A stretch of 64,000 bases of DNA from Perkinsela sp. CCAP 1560/9. Its lineage: Eukaryota > Protista > Euglenozoa: Kinetoplastea. A program made the position numbers and the translations under genes. The notes under the pieces are model-generated. The model saw nothing but the letters and a program-made list of their open reading frames with translations. It was not told the origin of the DNA and made no database searches. Numbering within the stretch: the stretch's first letter is position 1; each line of letters opens with the position of its first letter. The stretch is from assembly GCA_965644495.1 (NCBI GenBank), contig CBFFSA010000010.1:496001-560000 (forward strand). Direction: 5' to 3'. Shown here piece by piece: positions 23,106 through 36,453 of this stretch.

Positions 23106-24529
23106 TTTTGTATTTTTCCAAGATCAAAGAGAGCGCTGGCATTCAGTATTTTCTTCGACAAGAGATCTTTTCCTCGCTGAATAATGGCTTCCTTTACATG
23201 TGCTTCATTGATTTTATGAATACTGATACTGTTTGAAGCGGGTCCCGGAGAATAGAAAAGGCGATTGATGTTGAAGAAAACAATAGACATACACGTCAGT
23301 CCGCTTTCGTGGCTTCAGGGATAATACGCGTGGTTAGTTGTAGTTATTGGGATTCCCGGGGACTTTTAGTTATTGGGATTCCCGGTGACTTTTTCCTCCC
23401 GCGTTAAGAGGAGTGAAACCATTCAGGTTCGGGGTCGGTTCGCCTCTGTTCGCCTGACGCAATCTATTCCCCTTCTACTACCTATTCTTTATATTTATTT
23501 ATTTGGGCTTAATTAAGTTTGAGTGTAAGTAAGTTTGAGCGTAACAAACGTTATGTTCGATAAACTGTTTTCTAAATCTTTTGAAAAAGAATCTTCCATT
23601 TTTTATAGATAACTTTACGATTCCGAAGGTAGTGCTTGATGAGTTTTCGTCAGAACAAAACACCATCTGAAAGTTAAGAAGAGATTGATGTCCAGGCGCT
23701 ACTTAATTTACTATTGGAATGAGAGGATTTTTCAGAAATCCTATAGATTTTTTCTAAAATTCTTTTTACCCACGTACCGTAGAAATTTCAATTAATGGTA
23801 ATTAAGGCAACATTAATTAAGGAAATAATTAATTTTTTGTCATTTTGGGGGAAAAATCGGAAAAAATTAATTTCATGATTCCGTCTCAGACTCCTTTCAA
23901 TGATCGTTTTAGCTTTTCTCTCACACGTTGAACTGGTTGAAGGTAAAGGTGGGCAAAACAGGCGAAGCTCGTTTCGCCGGTACCGTTTCACCGGTATTTT
24001 CCTCGATCCCCCTGCAGGGTGATGGCATCGGGGGGGATCGCCCGCAGCCTGACCAACCCATTTGGGCTTAATTAAGTTTGGGCGTAATTAAGTTGGGCGT
24101 AATTATGTACGGGCGTAATTATGTTCGGCACGGTACAACCAAGAGATTGTAACGGGGTGATACTATACTTGCTTGTTTATGTGGCTTATGGACTTACGAG
24201 TGGGTAGCCCGCGTCCACCCATTCGCTCGTTCTTCAGGCTCGCTCTTCAGTCGTACATGTTTTTGCGCTACTTTTACCCGGAATGCCTCGCGGCGCCGTG
24301 TTTACTCATAATACGACACGAATATAATCTAAACTGTAAACTACATGGTCAAGAGGGCGGGTGAGAACGGTGGGCGTGGACGTTAGACGAACAGGGCAGT
24401 ATGAATTTATGTAGATATAGCAATAAAGAGGTATACAACTATTCTTATTAGGTAAATAGAGATTATCATTTGACATACATCATTGGTAATGATGAATACT
24501 TCGCGCTCCTCGTATAAAAGCATTTAAAT

Positions 24530-25625
24530 GCGTTTTCATCATCACCAGCGGTGCAACTAAGGATGCAGTCGCGACCAGTAAAAGGTTGAGAGATGAGGGG
24601 GTTGCAGATGTTTCGCCCCAAACCATTCGGGTTTCCCTTCGGAAGCGTGGTTTGAAGGGGAAGAAGAAATTACGGAAACCCCACCTTACGAAGCGTCACA
24701 AAGCTCTACGTCTTGCCTTTGCAAAGAAGTATGAGCATTGGAAGAACGCCGACTGGAGCCGTGTGCTTTTCACTGATGAAAGTAAGATCTGCCGTTTCGA
24801 GTCGAATGGCAGCCGGTGGGCGTGGGTGAGCTTTGGGGAAGCACTTTCAGAGCGAAATACACACAGCACCGTGAAGTACGGTGGGGGATCCATCATGATA
24901 TGGGGGTGTATGATGGCTCACGGCGTGGGCTCCATTGCTCTGGTTCATGGCAACATGAATGCTGAACAGTACGTTCAAATACTTCAACAGAATTTGTCTC
25001 CTTCCCTCCACAAGTTGGAAGTCATGAAGGACCGGATCATCTTCCAACAAGATAATGATCCAAAGCACACGAGTAAGAAGGCCCGGGAATTCCTTCGTTT
25101 ACAAGAATTGTGTGCCCTAGACTGGCCCCCGCAATCTCCCGATTTAAATCCCATAGAGCACCTATGGGGCGAGCTCAAAAAGTCGACTGCGGATCATCCA
25201 GATCCTCCCGTAGGAACTTTGGGAACGCGCCCAAAAAGCGTGGGCAGGCCTTCCTCCGAGTGCATGTCTTCCTCTTGTCCGCAGCATGCCCCGTCGTTTA
25301 AGGGCAGTAATTAGGGCGAAGGGGGGACTTACGAAGTATTAAGTTTTGGTCATTTTGGTTTGGTAAGGGTGAAGTAAGGCAAAGTTTTGGTCAAAAAAAA
25401 ATAATCTCAAAAAAGTGAAAAAAGTGTTCAAGTGTTGGGATCGCATTATATCTTTCATAGTTTTTTATTGTAAGATCGTTGATGAAGTCTAAGTACGTGG
25501 GAATGTAAGCACTACTCCAGCCTACACTACTGTAATATACTACTGCATTATCCTCTGCATCTCTTTTGTAAAATATAAAAACATTAAAATTTGTGAAAAC
25601 ATTTGAACACTTTTGTTAGTTACTG
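24530..25625 (+). mobile_element. 5'-truncated Tc1 element with a frameshifted DD34E transposase
   Basis: FTDESK, IMIWGCM, QQDNDPKH and WPPQSPDLNPIE; the right end reads ...TTACTG|TA. Confidence 0.85.
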
Positions 25626-27328
25626 TAAGTACACATTCTTCAAAATTTCTTACATAAATTCGCATTATCAAAAAAAATCAAAAAAAATGGGGGTCTAGGG
25701 GGGGCATGGTCGAGCAAATTTTTTTGAAAAAAATATTTTTCCAAAAAAAAACCGCAAAAGGGGTAGCCGGGGTCTTGTCGCGCATTTTCCACCCCTCTAC
25801 CCGGGGGTGACCCTCCCGCGCATCCGCAGGAGGGGTCCGCCAAGTTCGGATGTTTTCGGGAAAAAAATGAAATCAATTTCATTTTGACGAAAAAAATACC
25901 AAAAAAAAATTTGGGTATTCTATGGTGAAAATGTACCCCAATTTTTTGAATTTTTCTCCGTTTTTCACATAAATTTCTAGAAACAAAAATGATCTTTCAT
26001 TGATCAAATTCGGTTATTCTATTGACTTTTCTCCCATTTTTGTCCACGTTTGGGCATCGATGAATTTTATTGCTACACCCCCATGCGAAAACAATGCAAC
26101 GTACTTTAATTTTGCGTCTGAAGTCCAATTCTGGTCGTATAAAAAGCAAAATGAGTGAACCCCTAGAGAGAACGTCGGAAAATTGCTTTAAACTCGTGAT
26201 TCTTAACTTTACCGAAAATATTAAAAATATAATCAATTTTTCTTAACCTTATCACTTTTTTTCGTTGAGCTCGATTTTTTTTATTTATCCTAACATGCCA
26301 TTTCGTGACATAATCCCAGTCACGCCTTCTCTTCTTGACTCCGAGTCCGATCACAGTCGGCCAACCTTTTCTGACGCTTCTTCTACTTCTTCTACCGATA
26401 CCGCTACGAACTCCGACCTGGCCCTTTCAGCCAGCGACGACCCAGACTGGGAACCTAGCGATGAAGAAAGTTCCTCTACTTGCGAGGATGAGTGGAGTGA
26501 AGAAGAGAGCATTTCCATTTATGCTTCTCTCAAGGGCGTTGAGCGCCATGCAGATGACAAAGACGAAGACTGCGGAGCGTTTTCGAGACGAGACGGAATT
26601 CGTTCCCGTTGAGGATTTCGAAAGCGCTGTCTGTTCGATGCGCAACTTCTGGAAGATGCTTTTGCCTTAAAAAAGATTATGGAACTTGGTATGGCTTCTT
26701 CTCCCGGGGTCATTAACTCGCCCGAATCTTCCTGTGAGGTAACCAATACGCTAGCGGTTGCCGAGCATTTTTCTATCATTCCCGACGCTTCTACGCTTCT
26801 GAGAGTCATTGAAGATAACAGATTCGCTCAGAAAAAGGAGCTTCGCACAGTTAAACGTAAGTATCGCAATCTTCTAAAACGATTTCACGATTCTGAAGAA
26901 GTATTTGTCTTACGACTTTCTGCAAACAAACATTACAGTCTCGAACGGATGTCGAACTCGATTTCTCTACTGTGATGTGGATGAAGATGACGTTGATGAG
27001 TATGAAGATGAGGACGTTGATGAGGATGAAGATGAAGAGGACATGCATGTACATGATGATTTGGACCCTAAATTTCCTTAACAAGGTGGCCAGGGCCCAC
27101 ACATCTGACAAGAACGGATGACTTTCCCACATCCTTATGACCATAGGGGTGGCCATACAGAAAGGCAACTCTCAAATCGTTCAGGCGGCGGTACAAGATT
27201 GGTACCGTCGCGGTGTTAGGGGGTAGGCTTCCGGTGGGCCTAGGGGGTTCACACCAAAAACAAAATACGTTGAGATACAAACCGCTCTCAAAGCTCAACA
27301 AAAAGAGCAACAAAAACTTCTTGTCACC

Positions 27329-27670
27329 ATGGCTGCACTGAGGAGACTGTGTATCACCAATACCGGCGGTGTTCCTTCTCCCCAGAAAAAGCGAGCCGAG
27401 CGTCCCATGAAGAAACGCAACAAAAAACGTCTTGGTTTGCCGATTGTTTGTACAGGTAGAGGGGGGTTAAGTGAAACAGGAGTTTTCACGTTAAAAATTT
27501 TACACAGTATCGGCACTTTCAATCAGGCCGATTTATGTTATATGTTCTCACTGCATCCGAGCACATGCAGTCGTATACTGCATCGAGGCGACGCGAATGC
27601 CACAATTGAATCAGTGCGTGACGCTCACGCTGCGTTGATTGAATGGAAACATTATTATTTTTTGAATTGA
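27329..27670 (+). pseudogene. Harbinger/ISL2EU-type HTH remnant
   Basis: FNQADLCYMFSLHPSTCSRIL resembles the HTH_Tnp_4 pattern. Confidence 0.4.
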
Positions 27671-27901
27671 AACATTATTTTTGGGTCGGAAGAATGGGGT
27701 GGTTTGAGTCGCATTCTATACCCATTACGTTCTGCAGCCTTGAATTCATGCGTACGAGTGATTTCCCACACGCAAATGTTGGATATAGTGCTCTGAGAGA
27801 AAAAAAATGCAAAAATGGTCCTATTTTTACCTAAAAATCGGCTATTTTTGGCTCAATTCCTTCCGTTTTCTTCAGCTTTCCAGACCATAATTTCTTTTTT
27901 A

Positions 27902-27996
27902 GGCTCTTCGTTAAACGCGGTGGTAGTTTTCAACGCGAAACGCGCAGCATGAGTGACTTCTATGTTAAAAACAACCACCGCGTTTAACGAAGAGCC
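27902..27996. repeat. ~95-bp terminal hairpin module (GGCTCTTCGTTAAACGCGGTGG...)
   Basis: Palindromic; copies at about 45212-45308, 46653-47247 (interrupted) and 62333-62385 (half). Confidence 0.8.
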
Positions 27997-28717
27997 TAAA
28001 AAAGATTAAATTACGATCTTCGAATTATCATCTCTATGTCTGAATATGCCCCAGACGATCGTGGGCCGATGAGCAAGTACATCATTCGACGCCCCCCTTT
28101 GCCAAGAACCGGGGCCTTTGCAAGTCGTATGAATTCTTTTCCAGTCTCAGCAACGGTGCCCCTTTCCACTGAAGGCAAACGAGGGAACTCTAGGATAGGG
28201 GGAGAGTAATATTAGGTATAAAGAGGAAGTGCAGAATCTGTATGGAGCTTTTTTGGCCATTCTCATTTTTGGTTCTCAAATGGAGTTGCACGTTGACATG
28301 GTCATTCCGAGACGCATTATCATTAAGGAAAATGAAAATGAGAAAATAAATTTTCCTTTTCTGGATTTTCATTTTCCTTTATTTTTGACCGGGGGAGTAA
28401 TCACTCAAATTGCAGGAAATATTGTTTTATAAATGCTGTTATTCATTAGTAACAAATTATTACTCAGAACCACTCAGGTTGAAGTTTGGTCGACTGCGGA
28501 ATGTTTTCAAAAAAGAGTTTTTCGGGTACCTTCTGAGTGCCGGTGAAACGCAAATTATTGGTGGAGCGTTTTGTTGGATACCGTTTTTGAAGCATAGAGT
28601 AACCATCCATCAGACTCTTCACGCACCAGGAAATACATCACGGTTCTATTACTAGTACATCTATCTAAATCTATCTAAATTCTATTTCTAGTATCTAAAT
28701 CTATTTATAGTACCTAA

Positions 28718-29470
28718 ATGTCCATATCACTCTTCTATTTCGTAGACTTGACTTCTTCTTTAAAGCACGCCACTGATTCTTCAGTTTTGAAGCCAAGCAA
28801 GGTGCGGGGCGCACCACTGCCTCAGGAGTATAGCCTCGCACATCTTATTCAAGACCTTAGAAATCCGTTGCCATCCTGGAATACGAATACCCCGGCTTGT
28901 CAATGGAGCTTCGTCTCTTGCGACTCGAACTCAAAAGTTGATGCTATGGACTGGGAATCAATAAATCTTCATGGGGAGCTTCATTTACAATACCTTCCAG
29001 ATTCCGTGATTGGCTTCCAGGTCGCCAAAAATGAGCTTTCCGGCAGCGTTTGTTTCGATATGCTTCCGTGCGTACTAAAGGTATTGAGTCTTTCTGATAA
29101 TGCTTTTACAGGGACCATTGATCTTACGGGTTTGCCCGAAGGCTTGGGTTCTTTGTACTTGGATGGGAATAAGTTTACAGGGGAAATTACCCTAAACCGT
29201 CTGCCTTTGGAACTGCGACGTCTTAATTTGACCGGAAACCAGTTTTCGGGTCACCTGGACTTACGTCATCTGCCTCCCCACCTTGAAAACCTACATCTTT
29301 CTCATAATTTTTTTGAAGGCGACGTAGTTTTTGATGCGTTACCTCTAAGTTTACGCATCTTATGGATGAATGGGAACAAGAAACTTCAAGGGGAAGTCAG
29401 AATGAAAAACCTGTCCCGAAGGTTGGCTTTAAAGGTTGACAACACGTTAATAGCCTTATTACACATGTAG
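28718..29470 (+). CDS. Leucine-rich repeat protein (LPQEY family)
   Basis: KVRGAPLPQEY, Cys cap, about 6 LRRs. Confidence 0.88.
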   Translation: MSISLFYFVDLTSSLKHATDSSVLKPSKVRGAPLPQEYSLAHLIQDLRNPLPSWNTNTPACQWSFVSCDSNSKVDAMDWESINLHGELHLQYLPDSVIGFQVAKNELSGSVCFDMLPCVLKVLSLSDNAFTGTIDLTGLPEGLGSLYLDGNKFTGEITLNRLPLELRRLNLTGNQFSGHLDLRHLPPHLENLHLSHNFFEGDVVFDALPLSLRILWMNGNKKLQGEVRMKNLSRRLALKVDNTLIALLHM

Positions 29471-29835
29471 GGGAAGTTAGAATGAGAAACTTTCCCGACG
29501 GTTGGCTTTAAAGGTTGGCAACCATAGCGGCAGTTAATAATTGTTATAAATAGAAATTATTTCTTTAATTTATTAATAGAAATTATCGTGGAAACATTAA
29601 TTAAGAGACACATTAAATAAGGGTACATCAATTAAGGGAACACTAATTAAGGGAATAATTATTTTTCGACAATTTTTGGCATTTTCAGGCAGTTTATAAT
29701 TAGCAATTATTTTTTCCTCCCATGGCCCAGGCCCCCCAACCCTTGCTGAGTCTCACTTTTGCGTCTCCCACACAGTAGTCGAAGCGGTAGAAGAGTACAA
29801 CAATAGAACCCAGGAGAGCAAGCGTCAGACTTGGA

Positions 29836-30778
29836 GTGCAGATGAGAGAAGCGAATTTTTCACATTACGCAACCATCATTCAATTGCAGATAGCATTCGG
29901 ATATGGAATCAATCACATCAAAAAAATGAGCAGAAGCAGCGCCTACCGCTTGCAAAATGAAAGCGATACACGAAAGCGAGGTAGGCAACACGCTTTAACG
30001 GCAGAAGAGACCCAAGATATTTTAGATGGAGTAAAGCTACAAAATGATGCAAGCAGACCTGTTGACGCTCAGCTTGTAGCAACTGTTGTTCGAGGGGTAA
30101 TGTCTCGCACCAGACCTGAAATTCTTTTTGAAAACGGGGGGCCATTTTCAATTTGCGACTCCTGCGCAAGAAATTTCTTACACAAGCACGGTTTTGCTGT
30201 GCGATCAGCAAGCTCTGATCGGCGTGTTTCTCCCCGTGAAATAAAATGTGCAGGAGAGCGTTTCTATGAGGACCTAGAACATTTCAGCGTTATTCGACCC
30301 GAGCTTGTCTTTAACATGGACGAGTTCTTTTGCAACCTCGATAACAATGATCGTTCTTGGACGTGGACAAAGCCGGCGAAAGGAATACCAATTCAAATTT
30401 CATCGCCTCGCATGGGTTTCACATGTACAATTCTAGTATCTTCAGATGGGTCCTTTCATAACGCGCATTTATTATGGAAGGGCTCTACTAGCGGCGTCCA
30501 TGTAAAAGTAAGCGAAGACTCCATTAATCCGCGCATTACACAAGACCATCGAGCTGGTTCTCATTTTCAAGATGCAGAAAGTTTTAAAAAATGGGTAACC
30601 CTTTTCCTTTCAGTGGTTAGCGACGTTCGAACGGCTCTTGGTGACGAAAATGCACCCGCCCTGCTATTGCTTGACCAGGCTACACAGCATAGCGAGGTAC
30701 AGAGCTTGTTGCAAGATGCAAACTGTTCCATTCTTTACGTTCCCGCAAAAATGACGCATATATACATGTATATATATA
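29836..30778 (+). pseudogene. pogo/Tigger-like (DDE_1) transposase truncated by a Tc1 insertion
   Basis: VFNMDE, LLLLDQ and YVPAKMTH; the ORF runs into the Tc1 TIR at 30779. Confidence 0.75.
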
Positions 30779-32317
30779 CAGGGGGGGTCACGAAAAGAGT
30801 GGGGGGTCTAAAATTTGTACCGTGCGAGCTTTTGACCTATTTCCTTCGGCATTCAACAGATCTCGAAATTTTAAGACTACGTGAGTTATAACTACTTAGG
30901 CATATAAGGTTGAGTGATAAATGGTGAGTCAGCAAAAAACAGGTTTTTTTGTTTTTTGCATATTTGGATTTTCTCACTATTTCATTATTGATCCCCCGTT
31001 TTTTTCTCGAAGAAGTGTGATTCGGGACGGGAAGTATTAGTATACGATGCTTTCATATCAGATAATAGATAATCAAGCGCTTTTGGAATTGCAGCTTGTA
31101 GTTCCTTACGGTTTGTGGGGCGGAGAGTAAATTTTATCTGGTGATCCATCATGCTCCACAAATTTTCAATTAAATTTAAATCCGGCGACTTGGCAGGCCA
31201 ATCAGGAATGCTGATACCCATGTCTCTGCCGACGCGGCGAGCGTGATTATGGCCCGGAGCGTTATCCATGATTACTGTTGCCGCTGGTTTACGCTTTAAC
31301 CAGTTGTAGAAACCATTTCGTTTTGTTATGGCAGAGAGAAACGTTTCATTCGTGACCGTCTCATTCTCCGCAAACTCATGAAAACAGTGAACCTTGGGAA
31401 CCCCCCATTCAAGGCTCACCGCCATCCAAATATGAACCCCCTTTCCTCCGAAATATTTCTCAACATCTTTTGGTACCTCAAGGGGTTCATCTGACCTTTT
31501 GCAAATGTACCAAATATTGCGTGAGTGGTACCCGCATTTAAAAATCTTTTCATCCGTCCACAGAATACGGGCGTACTGAAAAGGGGTGAACCTCTCCAAA
31601 CGATTTGCCCACTCCAGGCGGTCGAATTTCTGCTGAGGCGTGAGATGAGGAACTTTCCTCATTTTTCTGCTTATGTACCCGCTCCATTTCAGTGATCTTT
31701 TCACAGACGAAAGAGAGCATGGGTACTTGGTTTGATCGATCTGGCGGTGAACCCACCTCCAAGATGAACAGCCAATGGGACTACGTTGATTCTCTTCATC
31801 TACAATAGATTCTAACATTATTCGAAACTCTTCATTATCAATCGCATTCTTACGTATGTATTTTATACGTTCTAACCCTCCTGTCTACCGGTGGCGTTTA
31901 ACCCATCGAGAGACAGTTGCTTCACTGCATTTCATAAGAGCAGCAGTGTCTGTAATCGAACGTCCCTGGTTTTGTACCTCATGGACGCAAATTACACGTG
32001 TTTCATAAGTGATTTGTTGCGTCGAGAGGGTGCGCCTCTGGCGGCGAAGTGTTTTCGGCATAAAAGATGTGTTAGAAAGAGTTAAGTGGTATTTTATTCA
32101 TAGATTAATGGGCTAAAATGATAAAAAATGATAAAAATCCGATTTTTTACCTGAAAATTCAGTAAAATTTTATCATGACGTCATATCAGCTTCAGGGGCG
32201 GCAACAATGGTGCCAGTAGCCTTAAAATTTCGAGATCTGTTGAATGCCGAAGGAATTAGGTCAAAAGCTCGCACGGTACAAATTTTAGACCCCCCACCTT
32301 TTTCGTGACCCCCCCTG
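30779..32317 (-). mobile_element. Tc1/IS630-like element with ~100-bp TIRs and a damaged transposase (30985-31818)
   Basis: TA|CAGGGGGGGTCACGAAAA...TTTTCGTGACCCCCCCTG|TA; WTDE, MDNAPGH and SPDLNLIE (32 residues between the second D and the E). Confidence 0.9.
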
Positions 32318-32321
32318 TATA

Positions 32322-34287
32322 CAGGGGGGGTCACGAAAACTGACAAGGTCCGCATTTTAGCGTCCTGAGGCAGTTTGAGCTGATTTTTGTTGCAAACGAG
32401 AGATCTCGTTCTGAATATCGTGTCTACGCTATTTAAAATACAAAAACGTTCGCCGGAAAACATTTCCAATGAGTTACAAAAGTGAAATTTTAAAGATTTT
32501 GCAAATTGAAAAACGGGTCTAAAATTAGTAATTTTTACGTACCACGGCCCAAAAAGTACCCAGAAAGTAGGTCTTAATAGCCAGTATTCCCACCTCCACG
32601 CTCACGTAGTATAGCGAGGCGCATGGGAAGACTCTTTAGCGTATTCACATACGCCTCGTGACATTCGTTCAACAAATATTCCTTGGCCTTTGGAATAGCC
32701 GCTTGTAATTCTTTTAGATTCTGTGGACGGAGATGGCTGAGGATGTACTTATCCATCGTGCTCCACAAATTCTCAATCAAATTGAGATCAGGAGATTTCG
32801 AAGGCCAATCAATAATTTTGATATCTTCCAACTTACCTATTCTCCTGGCTTCCCCATGCCCTGGCGCGTTTTCAAGGACAATTGTAGCCCCGGGGCGGCG
32901 ATGCATCCAGTTGAAAAACCCATTTCGTTTTTTCATTGCATTCAAAAAGACCTCATTTGTAACAGTTTCATTTTGTGCGAACTCATGGAAACACGCATCA
33001 GGCACTTCCCAACGGAGACTGGTGGCCATGAATACATGAACTCCTTTCCCGCCGTACCACCTATCTAATTGTACTGGTGTTTCCTTGGGGGGGTCAGTCA
33101 TTTTTGCAAGGTACGTATTTTTTTTACCGAAATCCAGTTCGTGCTTTCACGTACATTAACAAAGAATATGAAAAGATATATTAAGAAGAAATATAACTGG
33201 AAATAGAACATAACGAAAATTCATTGAAATCGTCATACATGTAGATCAGTTTCTCAAAGAGTACAAGTCTCATCACATCAGCACAGTTTGAAACAATGTT
33301 CCGGAATTCCATAATCAAAGTAACTTGTGAACGGGAAGACCCATCCCCTCAGCTCGCAGCCAACCAACCGAAAACGAGTGAAGCTTTACCCAAATAGAAT
33401 AGTCACTAATACAGTCACATACGAATAAAATCAATTTCACGCGAAAATGCATACAGTTCATACACGTACATAATTATTAACAAACCCTATTAAAATATAA
33501 TCCCTCCTGAATTTCAATCCGTAAACTTTTAGTGTGATCCGCATCGAAAGATTTTTTCGTCGCACCACACAATACGAGACAGCTGATCTGGGCTGAATCC
33601 CTCAAAGTAATCAGCAAGTTGTAGTCTAGCAGCCTTGTGCTCAGCTGTTAAAAAAGGCTTGTGCGACATCGTCTTAATGACGTATCCCATCTTTTTCAAA
33701 CTCTGTTTCACGGTGTTTAGACTACATGGATACTTTATCCACTCTCTTATGTACCCATTTAAACCCCGGACACCCGAATTGTGTCTCAACAATAGCACAG
33801 AGGGCAGCATGGCTCGGATCTCCTCCGTATCAACGCCGTTATCGCGCGAGTAGGGTGCACGTGCCACGTCACCTGACTCATCGAAACGCGCTTTGTACCG
33901 AGAGACAGAGCTCTCTGAACAGTTCATCATACGTGCCGTATCCGGAATAGATGTCCCACGGTGTCTTTCGTGTGCGCAGACAATGCGCACAGGATATGAA
34001 CACTGTTCTGGTGATAGCTGGCGACGGTTTAGTCTATTCCGTTTGCCCATAGTAAGGTAAAAAGAAGAAAAAATAGCCTTTTTTACGTTTTTCGATACTT
34101 TTTGCAAAATATTTTGCCCAAAATTTCAATATTTTGTAAATATATTTTTTTATTGATTCGCAGAAACGGGCTCCAAATAGCGTAGACACGATATTCAGAA
34201 CCAGATCTCTCGTTTGCAACAAAAATCAGCTCAAACGGCCTCAGGACGCTAAAATGCGGACCTTGTCAGTTTTCGTGGCCCCCCCTG
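32322..34287 (-). mobile_element. Second Tc1/IS630-like element with ~110-bp TIRs and a transposase split by a ~400-bp insert
   Basis: TIR pair at 32322-32435 and 34175-34287; ORF halves at 33529-34050 and 32574-33128. Confidence 0.9.
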
Positions 34288-34920
34288 TATATGCCCGCGT
34301 GCAAATGGGACGGTACTACGTGTATTACTGATGAAAAAGTGACAGAAATACGGTGGGACAATCGAAGGCTCATAGGATCGTTCAAGTTCTCCCACATCCC
34401 GAGTTCCATTACGGAGTTAGATATTGAAGACAACTCAATTTCTGGGTCAATTCGACCTTAGTGATCTCTCCCTTCTCGTACACCTTACTGAATTGATCAT
34501 AAGTCTAAACAAATTTACGGGAAATCCAGACCTTACAGTTTTACCAAAAGGTATGATTTCCGCATGGATGGAACACAACGAACTATCAGGTGACATATGC
34601 CTTACTCAGCTGCCTCCTGAATTGCAAAGACTTGACCTCAGTAACAATTCGCTGACTGGGGCAATTGATCTGAGATTTCTTCCGGAGACCCTATACAGTT
34701 TATACATGAATATTTCAGTTTATACATGAATGATAATGAATTTGTTGGAAATGTCGATTTATCGTTTCTTCCTGAAAATCTTTCCAATTTTAACCTGGAA
34801 AATAACAGACTCTTAGAAGGTACTTTAACAGTGAGTAAACTTCCTCCTAATCTAAGAACGAGAGATGTTTTCGAACACCAGGTTGTGGTTAACACGAAGA
34901 TCATTGTGGTTTCTGAATAA
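34288..34920 (+). pseudogene. 5'-truncated, frameshifted LRR gene
   Basis: PACKWDGTTC begins directly after the Tc1 TA; LRRs continue in shifting frames. Confidence 0.8.
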
Positions 34921-35187
34921 AGGAAGCAGCAATAATTTGTAATTCCCTGAATGCTCGGGGCACTTTATATTCCACGTTGTGTTTCAAAAAGGTAGATTTC
35001 TATATTTCTGTTTCTGAGTTGACGATTGTCATGCCAATTAAAAGTTTTGTTGCAACGTATACAATGTATACGACGTATACGTTCTATGTATTACATAGAA
35101 ACCAAAGATAATATCTTCAAGATATTATTATTTGAAATTGAACAGGTAATGACTTTGTCCATGGATCAAAACATACATTATAGTTAG

Positions 35188-35262
35188 CCTTCGTTAGCAC
35201 GCTTGTTACCGGTTTACAATCCCGGTACAGCCATATTCGACAGAGTGTGAGGGTGAAGATTT
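35188..35262 (+). ncRNA. Second copy of the candidate structured RNA element
   Basis: Aligns with 11029-11110; stems CTTC/GAAG, CACGCT/AGTGTG and ACCGG/CCGGT. Confidence 0.35.
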
Positions 35263-35994
35263 CAATACATCTATAGTACGGTTACCCCCCCCTCACTAAC
35301 AACTAATTATAAACTACCCTATTCTCAGGATTTATAAATACTTCTTATTTATAAACAAAAATGAGTCTGCTCGAAAGAATGTAATTATGCCCCTCGGGGC
35401 AATGATAGCTTATAATGTACCCAAAAAAAACATTTTTTTCTATTTTTTAGTGTGTTGATTATGGAGCTTTCAATACTTATTTTCCTTGGTTTCTCTGACA
35501 TGTGCACTTGTTTTAACCTTCGCTGCGTCCTCAGATGGAAACATAATGTGGATATTCCGCAAGATTTTGTGTCCATAAAGAATCACGGAGTAGTGCTGGA
35601 TGAACTTTGCCCCAGTTATAAGACATCAGGTTCACCACATAAAAGAAATAAGTTGCTCGGCGGAGGTTCAAAACTCTCAAATTACGTTTTAGGAGTCGAT
35701 TTTGGAAAAATAATATTTTTACTTTTTTTTGTTTTGGTCATCTCAAAAATTTAGGAAATTTTGACCTTGTTGGACCCCTCCTGCGCGTGCCAGGGGGGTA
35801 CCCCCAGGTGGGTGGGGGGGGGGGGGGAATTATCGCCGCAGCCTACTCTACTACTTCCCTGCGCTCGATTTTGAAAAGCAAAAAAATCGAACAAAAAAAT
35901 CGCGACGTATGCCCCCCCCATGGACCCCCCATTTTTTTCAATTTTCTTTTCAGTTTTGGACCACCGGAGCCCCCTTTTATATTCTTTTCTTCTA

Positions 35995-36453
35995 AACGAG
36001 GGCACGGGATAACATGCCTATATCACGATAACATGCCCCCCGGCATGTTATCGTGAAATAGGGTCTTATAATATGCCCCCCCCGAGTCTTTTTTTATACA
36101 CTATGTTTTCCTCTTGTTTCTTTAATCTTAATTCCTTTTTTATACTGTGTACATTTTTCATTGTCGAATCAGGGTCATGCTCGTGAGGAATCCTGTGAAG
36201 AAGAGTTCTCTGAAGAAGAGGAGGGGGGTGAGGAAGAGGAAGACGAGCAGGAAGAAGAAGAAGAGGATGATGATGAGGAAGACGAAGCTGCTGATGAAGA
36301 TGTTGAGCTCCTGATAGTAGAGTTCTCCGACCTTTTTCATGAAGAATTTTTGTGTCGATTGCTTTCCTTATTTTTTCGAACGGAGGTTCAGAAATTTAAC
36401 ATGCCTGTAACACCATAAAATGCCCCCCCGGCATGTTATCCTGTAACGCCGTT
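35995..36453. mobile_element. TA-flanked non-autonomous element with AACG termini
   Basis: Imperfect TIR AACGAGGGCACGGGATAACATGCC / AACGGCGTTACAGGATAACATGCC. The empty site is visible in the host repeat near 47930, and a second copy lies at 48990-49627. Confidence 0.8.

Noticed and set aside
26265-26975. Host genes in the Ser/Glu-rich short ORFs
   Set aside because: Broken frames, no recognisable domain, and surrounded by transposon ends; probably a decayed TE accessory ORF.
36161-36418. Acidic protein gene
   Set aside because: Low-complexity ORF without an ATG, inside a TA-flanked non-autonomous element.
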